A stretch of 63,718 bases of DNA, counting the filler, from Sphingomonadaceae bacterium (GTDB lineage: Bacteria > Chloroflexota > UBA6077), in assembly GCA_050261575.1 (NCBI GenBank). It is 4 parts of 4 records of this genome, joined end to end, with 100 filler letters (N's around TTAATTAATTAA, not from the genome) between each part and the next. Parts side by side here need not be neighbours in the genome. Positions count along the whole stretch, not along the records: positions 52,696 to 63,718 come from JBLNDL010000041.1; 3 more parts are not named here. One strand, 5' to 3'. Positions 56,288 through 63,718 of this stretch are shown here, piece by piece. Below the pieces are notes generated by a model. The model saw only the letters and a program-made list of their open reading frames with translations. It made no database searches and was not told the origin of the DNA. The position numbers and the translations under genes were made by a program. The first letter of the stretch is position 1. Each line of letters begins with the position of its first letter.

Positions 56288-56827
56288 ATGCAGCAACGGG
56301 AGATAGGCTTTGAACCGTGGTGGATCCTGGCGGTGGCGGGCATCGTCAGCATCCTGTTCGGCATCGCGGCGATAGCCTGGCCAGCGATCACCCTGTTCGT
56401 GCTGGTCTGGCTGTGGGGCGCGTACGCCATCATCTACGGCATCGTCGCGCTGGTCGCCATGTTCCGGGCGATGCGCTCGGGCACCACCTGGTGGACGCAT
56501 CTGCTGGTCGGCGCAATCAGCATCGGGGCCGGCATATTCGTGTTGAGCAACGTGTTCATCAGCTCTGTGACGCTGCTGTACGTTATCGCCATCTGGGCAC
56601 TCGCGGTCGGCACTACCGAGATCGTAGCCGGCCTCGCCGCGGCCAACTTCGGCGCGGCGATCGTCGGCGTGATCTCGGTCCTCTTCGGGTTAGTGCTCTT
56701 CGCCAACCCGGCCGCCGGTGCCCTGGGCCTCGTCTGGGCCATCGGGGTCTTCGCCGTGATCCGGGGCATCGTGCTACTGGTGGCGGCCTTCCGAGCGCCC
56801 TCCGTGACCGGCCCGACGGCCACCTAG
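56288..56827 (+). CDS. DUF308/HdeD-family membrane protein, paralog 1
   Basis: WWILAVAGIVSILFGIAAIAWP..LV.LWGAYAI; six TMs. Confidence 0.88.
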   Translation: MQQREIGFEPWWILAVAGIVSILFGIAAIAWPAITLFVLVWLWGAYAIIYGIVALVAMFRAMRSGTTWWTHLLVGAISIGAGIFVLSNVFISSVTLLYVIAIWALAVGTTEIVAGLAAANFGAAIVGVISVLFGLVLFANPAAGALGLVWAIGVFAVIRGIVLLVAAFRAPSVTGPTAT

Positions 56828-56896
56828 GCGAGCCTCTACCGAATGACCCGGCTCGCACCTGGCGATTGAACGACCAAAGAAAGAGGAGGACTGACA

Positions 56897-57436
56897 ATGG
56901 AGAATCAAGTACCCGCGGTGGAGCCATGGTGGGTTCTGGCCATCGCGGGCGTCGTATCTATCCTGTTCGGAATAGCGGCGGTGGCTTGGCCGGGCATGAC
57001 CCTTTTCGTGCTGGTCTGGCTCTGGGGTGCGTACGCCATCATCTACGGCATCGTGTCACTGGTCGCCATGTTCCGAGCGATCGGCTCAGGCGCCACCTGG
57101 TGGACGCATCTGCTGATCGGCGCAATCAGCATCGGGGCGGGCCTGTACGTCGTGGCCAACCCAGCCATAAGCTCGGTGATACTGCTATACGTGATAGCCA
57201 TCTGGGCCATCACCCTCGGCGTCGTCGAGATAGTGGCGGGCATCAGCTCGGCTCAACTGCTACCGGTGATCGCCGGGGTGATCACCGTGCTGTTCGGCTT
57301 CGTGCTGTTCGGCAACCCGGCCGCCGGCGCCGTGGCGCTGGTCTGGTTGATTGGGATCTTCGCCATAGTGCGAGGCATCGTGCTTCTGGTGGGGGCCTTC
57401 CGGGTGCCCCCCGTGACCGGACCGACGGCCGGCTAG
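56897..57436 (+). CDS. DUF308/HdeD-family membrane protein, paralog 2
   Basis: Same length (179 aa) and high similarity to the upstream gene; AGGAGG SD. Confidence 0.88.
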   Translation: MENQVPAVEPWWVLAIAGVVSILFGIAAVAWPGMTLFVLVWLWGAYAIIYGIVSLVAMFRAIGSGATWWTHLLIGAISIGAGLYVVANPAISSVILLYVIAIWAITLGVVEIVAGISSAQLLPVIAGVITVLFGFVLFGNPAAGAVALVWLIGIFAIVRGIVLLVGAFRVPPVTGPTAG

Positions 57437-57674
57437 CCGGGAACCATTGCCACGACCACTTCGAGCCCCCTCCCGATGCCTTGGGAGGGGGCTCATCCCC
57501 TTACAACCCTGCCTCCGCCCCCAGCAGGGAGTGCCCTCCCGAAGGCGGCAGCATCCCGGCGCACGAGCGTTAACCCCGCTTCCCAAGAAGTAGACATACT
57601 TGCAGGAATAGAACTTGCCTCACCCATCCGTGCGCCGTTGAGCTACCGGTGGCGGAACACAAAGGAGAGACACG

Positions 57675-58187
57675 ATGCCTGTTCAGAGCGCGGAAGACCT
57701 CTTTCTAACGATACTGAGCAACGTGCGCGATCGCGAAGAGCGATCCATGCAGTTTTGGCAGGAGATGAGCGAGATGGCCCAGAACGAGGAGGTGAAGGAA
57801 ATCCTCAACACCAGGGCCTTCCTGACCAAGCAAAGCCTCGCCAACCTGGACGAATGCTTCAAGTTGCTGGGCAAACAGCCGCTGCAGCCCACCACCACCC
57901 GCCTTCACGACGCCTTCGTCGAGGACTTCCGCAGGGAGTACAACGAGATCCAAGCCCCGGGGCTGAGGTCCCTTTACGTTATCCACAAGGTCGGTGAGTT
58001 GGTGCACTTGCATGAAGCGGCCTACGTCGGGCTGATAGCCATGGCAGAATCCATGGGCGACATCCCCGTCTCGGCCCTTCTCGAGACCAACCTGGCCAGC
58101 AAGCAGGTCTTCATCGAACGGGCCAAGGAATTGGTCCGTGAGGTCGGGGGAGCCGCGATCGCCCGAAGGCTGAGAAAGGTAGCCTAA
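57675..58187 (+). CDS. Ferritin-like DUF892 (YciE/YciF)-related protein
   Basis: EDLF...L, T..Q..NLDECF.LLG, H.HEAAY..LI.MA; AAAGGAG SD. Confidence 0.72.
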   Translation: MPVQSAEDLFLTILSNVRDREERSMQFWQEMSEMAQNEEVKEILNTRAFLTKQSLANLDECFKLLGKQPLQPTTTRLHDAFVEDFRREYNEIQAPGLRSLYVIHKVGELVHLHEAAYVGLIAMAESMGDIPVSALLETNLASKQVFIERAKELVREVGGAAIARRLRKVA

Positions 58188-58287
58188 GCCGACTCCCGCA
58201 CAGGCAACCCACTACTCTTCGTTCAGATCGAGATCCATTACTGACCAACTCTTAGCCTGCAGCCACCGGCGCTCCATAGACGCACTC

Positions 58288-58315
58288 AGGGGAGGGGTCG
58301 CCGGCTCCCTCCCCT
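58288..58315. terminator. Hairpin between convergent genes
   Basis: AGGGGAGGG...CCCTCCCCT stem; no clear U-tract. Confidence 0.4.
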
Positions 58316-58356
58316 GCCCCTCCAGTCTCCATTTCACCGCCACGAGCCGTTGCCCA

Positions 58357-59325
58357 TCACTCAGTCACCCGGCCTCTCCCGCTCCCCTCCCTGCCCGGCC
58401 TTCGCGACGGTAGTTTGTCGCAAGGCACGTCCCGCAGCTCGTGGATGCTCTGTGCCTCCAGCCAGAGAACGTGCGTAAGCTGGGCTCCGAAGAGGATGAT
58501 TATGTGCGCCACATAGAGCCACAGCAGGAAGGCGATGACCGCCGCGATGGGACCGTAGGCCGAGGAGAAGTCGGCGAAGTCGGTGACGTAGATGGCGAAC
58601 CCGCTCCGCACCGCCTCCCATACGATGGCGGTGATCAGAGCACCCCGCCACACCTGGCCCCACCCCACGTCGCACAGGGGAGAGAAGCGGTACAGCACCA
58701 GGAACACCACGGCAATCAAGGCCAGGGAGGCGCCGGCCGCCATCAGATCCCACAGCACCACCGACCCAGGCAGGTCGTTCATCCCCCAGACGCCGGCATA
58801 CGTCCTCACCACTTCGATAGCTATGTTCATCGTCCAGGAGAGCAGCATCACAAGGGCTATTCCCGATATCATCGCCAGCGCGAACAGCTTCCCCTTGAGG
58901 AAGGGGCGGGTTCGGTCCACCCCCCACATCTCGTTCACCCCACGATCGATGTTCTCGAACCAGCCCAGGGCGCTCCACAGCAGCAGCAGGGTGCTGAAGC
59001 CGGCCGCCACAGCCCTGGAGGCGATCACATCCTCGATGATGCTGTGAACCCCGGTTGCCCCCGCTGGGAGGAATCCGGACAGGAGGGAGATCACCTGGGC
59101 TCGGGCCGACTCGGAGCCCAGGACGAAGCCGAGCAGCGCGATCAGCAGCAGAATGAAGGGGAAGATGGAGAACACCGCGAAGTAGGTGATGGCGGCAGCC
59201 TTTCGCCGCCCATCCCGCTGGTTCAGCCCGAGGATCGAGTTGCGGGTTATCCGGTACCAACTGAGGCGGCTCAGCCTGTCGTCCCAATCCTGCAGCCGCC
59301 CCTTCAGATCCTCCAGCAGAGCCAA
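58357..59325 (-). CDS. YihY/BrkB-family membrane protein
   Basis: AAAITYFAVFSIFP, LYRFSP, YGPIAAVI.FLLWLY..IILFGA. Confidence 0.92.
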   Translation of the reverse strand: MALLEDLKGRLQDWDDRLSRLSWYRITRNSILGLNQRDGRRKAAAITYFAVFSIFPFILLLIALLGFVLGSESARAQVISLLSGFLPAGATGVHSIIEDVIASRAVAAGFSTLLLLWSALGWFENIDRGVNEMWGVDRTRPFLKGKLFALAMISGIALVMLLSWTMNIAIEVVRTYAGVWGMNDLPGSVVLWDLMAAGASLALIAVVFLVLYRFSPLCDVGWGQVWRGALITAIVWEAVRSGFAIYVTDFADFSSAYGPIAAVIAFLLWLYVAHIIILFGAQLTHVLWLEAQSIHELRDVPCDKLPSRRPGREGSGRGRVTE

Positions 59326-59516
59326 TTCGCCTCCCCCACCGCCCGTGCCCCAAGGGCGAAGCAAGGCCTATACCATCCGGAGAGCGAGCCTCCGGGCGAG
59401 CTGCCCGCGGAGCGAGGGCCCCGCGGCACGAGCCTTGCACCCCCGGACCGATCGCCCAAGCATCGGCCAGCGACGGGTGTGTCACATCGCGGTGAACCAG
59501 GCCCAGGGAGGCAGCA

Positions 59517-60041
59517 ATGGCAAAGCGACGGCAGACGGGTCGGCCCACGCCGCATCCAGAAGAGATGGAAGAACAGCTCCGACAGGCCGGCGAGGTCGGG
59601 GGCTTCGCCGAGGAAGCCGAGAGGCAGGGAAGGGGAAAGCAACACCGGATCCCGAAGGAGGCTTTGCACGGGCGGACGATCGGGGAAACCGCCACCTCCT
59701 ACACCTCCGTGGGTGGCGCCGAAGAGCCCGAGGAGTGGCCAGAGCGAATCCCCGAGCCCGACGACAACGCCCCGGACTACGAGACGCCAGGCGGCGCCCA
59801 GCCGGATCAGCCCACCGGAACCGGTCCGGTTCACGACATCGCCTTCAGGCCGGCACCAGGGGGCGCCATAGAGACCCTCGGGCACCAGGGCAAGGACATC
59901 CCCTACACGGGCGAGGTTGCCTCCACCCGAGGCGCCACCTTCGAGGAGGATCCGGACACGGGGAAGACGGCCTCCGAGGAGGAGGGCGAGTTCGTCAGAG
60001 AGAGCCTGGAGGAGAGGACTCGCGGCTTCGAAAGCGGCTAA
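59517..60041 (+). CDS. Acidic, probably disordered hypothetical protein
   Basis: GGGAGG SD; E/G/P-rich and hydrophilic. Confidence 0.65.
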   Translation: MAKRRQTGRPTPHPEEMEEQLRQAGEVGGFAEEAERQGRGKQHRIPKEALHGRTIGETATSYTSVGGAEEPEEWPERIPEPDDNAPDYETPGGAQPDQPTGTGPVHDIAFRPAPGGAIETLGHQGKDIPYTGEVASTRGATFEEDPDTGKTASEEEGEFVRESLEERTRGFESG

Positions 60042-60058
60042 CACCGCCGAACGAGACG

Positions 60059-60236
60059 GTAGGGACGGACCTGCGCGCCCGCCCTGTTACCCTCGTGCAT
60101 GGGCGCGCTGCCCTGGTACGGGCGCACTCGTGCGTGCGCCCCGGTCCTCCCCAGGTCTGAGCGGTTCCTCGGTCACGAGGTGGACACACATGTCTGGCCC
60201 TACGCAGGTTGCGTTGGGCGCTCTGCCCGCCCCTAC
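60059..60236. repeat. Cluster of GTAG REP-like palindromes
   Basis: GTAGGGACGGACCTGCGCGCCCGCCC, GGGCGCACTCGTGCGTGCGCCC, GGCCCTAC, GCCCCTAC. Confidence 0.6.
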
Positions 60237-60859
60237 TTCACCCGGCACCGTGCGCCGGGCCCACCGCCAGACCGAAGGCCCATTCGGAAGGCGTCGTAGC
60301 CGAACTCGCCCAGAAGCTCGGCCAGCCGTCTCAGCGGCAGGCCGACCACGTTGTTGTAGCAGCCCCGGATCCCCTCGATCAGCAGGGCGCCGTAGCCCTG
60401 GATGGCGTACGCCCCCGCCTTGTCGAGGGGTTCTCCGGTGGCCACATACCGATCGATGATCTCCTGGGTCAGCGGCGCGAAGCCCACGGCGGTGACCACG
60501 TGGTCCGAGCGAGAGCGCCCACTGGCGGCGTCCACCACAGCGATCCCCGTGATCACCTCGTGCTCGCGTCCACTCAGCAGCCTGAGCATGTCGCGGGCAT
60601 CCTCCACCCCGGTGGGCTTGCCCAGCACGCGGCCATCCACCACCACCACCGTGTCGGCTCCGATCACCAGCCCGTCGCTGCACCGCGCGGCAACCCATTC
60701 CGCCTTCTGCAGGGCAAGCTTCTCCGCCCCTTCGGCGGGTGGGAGTCCCTCCCGCAACCGCTCCTCCACCCCACTGGGGAAGACCTCGAACTCCAGCCCA
60801 ACCTGACGCAGCAGGGCCTCCCGACGGGGGGACTGAGATGCCAGAATCAGCGGTGTCAC
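60233..60859 (-). CDS. maf: Maf nucleotide pyrophosphatase
   Basis: LILASQSPRR, IGADTVV..GKP, LSGREH, GEPLDKAGAYAIQG, NVVGLP. Confidence 0.95.
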   Translation of the reverse strand: MTPLILASQSPRREALLRQVGLEFEVFPSGVEERLREGLPPAEGAEKLALQKAEWVAARCSDGLVIGADTVVVVDGRVLGKPTGVEDARDMLRLLSGREHEVITGIAVVDAASGRSRSDHVVTAVGFAPLTQEIIDRYVATGEPLDKAGAYAIQGYGALLIEGIRGCYNNVVGLPLRRLAELLGEFGYDAFRMGLRSGGGPGARCRVK

Positions 60860-60956
60860 CACGGCCTCCCGAAGGGGCATGCCACGGCGACCACCCCGCG
60901 CGCGACGGACCCCCCGCCCCCCGCCGTGAACCGTGCTTCGCTGCCGAACCGCTCGC

Positions 60957-62219
60957 TCATCCCTGGCGCTTGCCCTCACTCTGCGAGGGTGCGAGGGCAG
61001 CGGCCACCGTGGGATGCTCACGATTGAGACGGAAGATGTTGATGTCCCGGTACTCCCCGGTGGCTCGATCCAGGATCGTCCGGGAGTCGGTCAGGAAGAC
61101 CCCGCTCTGGATCGCCTCATCCAGGAGAGAGGAGATCTCCGAGGTGCTCAGTTGCAGGGTACGGCTCTCGAAGGCCCGACTGACGATGTAGTTGAAGGAC
61201 ATGAAAGGGCTGCTCTCCTCCAACTTGTTGACGAAGCGTGCCAGGTTCATCATCGCGTCCTCGTTGCTGCCCCTGTGGTTGGAGGCCGGAAAGGCCGCGC
61301 TGGGCACCTGGGCGTTTTCCATGTGCATCCTCGCCTCGGCGCCGTCGGACGCATCGCCGGCCACGGCGTCCTCCACGTTCTCCCAGGGGAGGTAGGCCCG
61401 ATCGATCAACCCCACGGTCGTGGTCTTGATCAGCCCCCGCCGCTCCGCCTCCTTCATGAAGTCCTTGAACTTGGCAAAGCCGTAGACCTGCTCGTCAAAG
61501 TTCCCCAGCCGGCTGGTCAACAGCAGCTTAACCTGCGCAAAAACGTTGGGACGCCCCTTCTCTCGTACGAACTTCACCACATCCACCAGCGCCTTCAGGG
61601 CGTCGTCCAAAGTAGCCGTCGACCCGTTGCGGGCGGATGGAGATGGGCTCACCGGATCGACGGTAACGTCGTAGGCCAGGAAGTGATCGGCGCTGCTGGT
61701 CAACTGCCAACTCGTGCTCCAGGAGGTGCCGATGACCACCACCCTCTTGCCTCGTAGCCGGAGGGTGTTGATCAGGTGGACGAAATCCCCGTCTCCAGTA
61801 ACCAGCACGAATGTGGAGATGTTGGGGTTGGAGAGGGATGCATCGACGCAATCGACGGCAAGCTTGACATCGATGCTGTTCTTGCGGCGCGGCGCCCCAT
61901 CCGAAGAGTCCCCAAAACCGAGGATCACCGTGGGTACATAGATGGGCTCGATCCCCGCAGAGTAGAGATCGTTGGGATCTCGCAGGTGCTGCCCTTCCTG
62001 CCAGTTGGCGTATGCCTTGGCCGCCACCACCCTCCCATACTTTGCTGCCGCATCCTTGATGGCGATGGCGTTGGGGAGGCGGTTCTCCTTGTTGAGGAGA
62101 CTGTACTTGATGTTTTCCCAATCGATGTAGAGGGCGACATCACCCTGTTGCAGTTCGCTCACCTGATCCGCACCTCCGATCGCAGCACTCGGGCCTTCCG
62201 CAGCAGGAATCATATTCAT
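60957..62219 (-). CDS. NYN (LabA/DUF88) domain + LOTUS/OST-HTH protein
   Basis: LYIDWENI, KNSIDVKLAVD, LVTGDGDF; FDEQVYGFAKFKDFM. Confidence 0.9.
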   Translation of the reverse strand: MNMIPAAEGPSAAIGGADQVSELQQGDVALYIDWENIKYSLLNKENRLPNAIAIKDAAAKYGRVVAAKAYANWQEGQHLRDPNDLYSAGIEPIYVPTVILGFGDSSDGAPRRKNSIDVKLAVDCVDASLSNPNISTFVLVTGDGDFVHLINTLRLRGKRVVVIGTSWSTSWQLTSSADHFLAYDVTVDPVSPSPSARNGSTATLDDALKALVDVVKFVREKGRPNVFAQVKLLLTSRLGNFDEQVYGFAKFKDFMKEAERRGLIKTTTVGLIDRAYLPWENVEDAVAGDASDGAEARMHMENAQVPSAAFPASNHRGSNEDAMMNLARFVNKLEESSPFMSFNYIVSRAFESRTLQLSTSEISSLLDEAIQSGVFLTDSRTILDRATGEYRDINIFRLNREHPTVAAALAPSQSEGKRQG

Positions 62220-62223
62220 GCAG

Positions 62224-63210
62224 CTACTGTACCACCCGCAGGACTGCTATCAGCACAACCAACTCCACGAACACCGTCGCCGCCATCAGGACCCTGCCCG
62301 CGACTCGTTGCCATCCGTGGACGGCGGCAGCCAGCACCGTGTTGGCCAGGAGGATCAGCAGGCCAATGCCCGGCATCCGGAAAGCATCCCTGGGAGGTCC
62401 GATCAGGTTCGGCTCTCCCGCAAAGTTGAAGTGCAGCGGCATCAACTCGGGCAACTCCGGATACCTGGCGCTGACGTATCCGAAGGAGGCCAGCAGCACC
62501 GTCGCCGCCACCATCCCGCAGGCGATGGCTACCCCGTCCCGCAAGAAGGAGAGCCGCATCAGGCGAGGCATCTCGGTCCGAGCCTCGGGCGCACGATCGA
62601 ACTCCTCAGGGGGAATAGCCTCCAACAGTTCGATCAACCGCCCTTTGAAACCAGGCAGATCGGCCGGCGTGATGACGTAGCCGCTCGAACTGGTCGCCAC
62701 TATGATCGCCGCCGCGGGGTCAGCCGAGCTGCCGAAGTACTTCAGGCGCCCCAGCCCCTCGGCCCTGGTTCTTCCGACCAGGTGCCCCGGCCACGGCAGG
62801 CCATCCACCTGCACCCGCTTTCCCAGCCGATGGCCGCCGTACAGCCCCTCTATTCTGCCCAGCGGAACGATCTCCCTCACCCAGAGCCAACTGATGGTGA
62901 GCGCCTCGTCCGCAATCCTGTAGCGCAGGGACCTGTACCCGTAGGCGATGAGCGCGAAGAACGCGGCCAGCATCAAGCCAGCCAGCCCGGCGACGGCCGC
63001 CACGAAGCTGTCGATGGCAACGGGATGGTTGAGAGCATAGGCGAGTGCACCGACACTGCACGCGAAGGACACGAGTGCGGCCGCCATCCCCGCCGGCACG
63101 ATCCTGGATGGCTCCGACCTCCACTCCGAGACCTCGTCCGTAGGCTCCGGCTGCCGGGTTCCATCCGACACCGACCCGCGCTCTCCCTCCTCCTTCGATT
63201 CTCTGGTCAC
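62224..63210 (-). CDS. Membrane protein with bacterial PH-like and DUF1648-like domains
   Basis: TMs + LRYRIADEALTI..IVPL..I (bPH); LPELMPLHFNFAGEP (DUF1648). Start approximate. Confidence 0.75.
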   Translation of the reverse strand: MTRESKEEGERGSVSDGTRQPEPTDEVSEWRSEPSRIVPAGMAAALVSFACSVGALAYALNHPVAIDSFVAAVAGLAGLMLAAFFALIAYGYRSLRYRIADEALTISWLWVREIVPLGRIEGLYGGHRLGKRVQVDGLPWPGHLVGRTRAEGLGRLKYFGSSADPAAAIIVATSSSGYVITPADLPGFKGRLIELLEAIPPEEFDRAPEARTEMPRLMRLSFLRDGVAIACGMVAATVLLASFGYVSARYPELPELMPLHFNFAGEPNLIGPPRDAFRMPGIGLLILLANTVLAAAVHGWQRVAGRVLMAATVFVELVVLIAVLRVVQ

Positions 63211-63597
63211 CAACTCCACCTCCCCCGCGTAAGGGATCTCCCTTACGGGCTTCGATCCAACGAATGGGCTTTCCGGTGAGGTGCCCCTTCTCCCCGCACA
63301 TCCACCTCCCGGCCACGCCAACCGCGGTCTCCACGGTGCGTCGGGCCGCCGTCCGGGTGCTGCGGGGTCCGCCGCAGAGCATCATCCCAGACGTGGCGGA
63401 GCGCTGGCAGAGAGATGGGAGGGCCAGGGGTATAAGCAAAGAAGGCGGGGCCAGACTGGACCCGCCTCTCGAATGTTCACTCGCGATGGGACACCACCAA
63501 CCCGGTCGATGCCTGGCCGGCACCCGCTAAAGCCATTATACCCCTTGCGCCTGGAGTATATCCGAGCCACCGAGCCCAGTCAAGAAAAGTCTCCCCC

Positions 63598-63614
63598 CCC
63601 CTAATCCGTGGATT
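63598..63614. promoter_or_regulatory. CCCCTAATCCGTGGATT motif, copy 2
   Basis: Identical to 52451-52467; upstream of a minus-strand TATAAT at 63535-63540. Confidence 0.5.
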
Positions 63615-63718
63615 CGGATAGGGGCAGGGCGTGGGGATGGTGAAATGAGGGGTCTGAAGACTGAGTCGCGGTGTGTGAGGGGGAGAGCAGGCGGAAAGCA
63701 ACGGCGAAGGGGCAGGCA

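Overview
High-GC bacterial assembly, probably a Chloroflexota-like MAG (inferred from the GAAC-N4-GTTC SOS box, a USP-GpgS fusion and the repeat families). Four contigs (1-18774, 18875-37121, 37222-52595, 52696-63718) are joined by artificial N/TTAATTAATTAA linkers, so synteny across the linkers is not real. There are about 50 CDS, mostly metabolic, transport and stress genes: malQ, lgt, qNOR, niaR-niaP, corA, an MttB/AOR/ABC operon, a gpgS cluster, bioY-ECF, trkAH and maf. No rRNA, tRNA, CRISPR array or transposase was found. Signals the ORF track misses: (1) a LexA-box-controlled cassette of a terminase-small-subunit-like HGG protein, a small coiled-coil/TM protein and a sigma70 factor with an extra C-terminal wHTH-like domain, with no other phage genes nearby; (2) a selenocysteine peroxiredoxin with a SECIS-like hairpin; (3) a ~70-bp inverted-repeat element present on three contigs; (4) a shared CRP/FNR-type class II box upstream of hemerythrin and qNOR; (5) REP/heptamer repeats translated in-frame as the linker of an ABC ATPase; (6) a cNMP-binding/CpaE-type ATPase fusion; (7) an identical 17-bp palindromic motif in two promoter regions.
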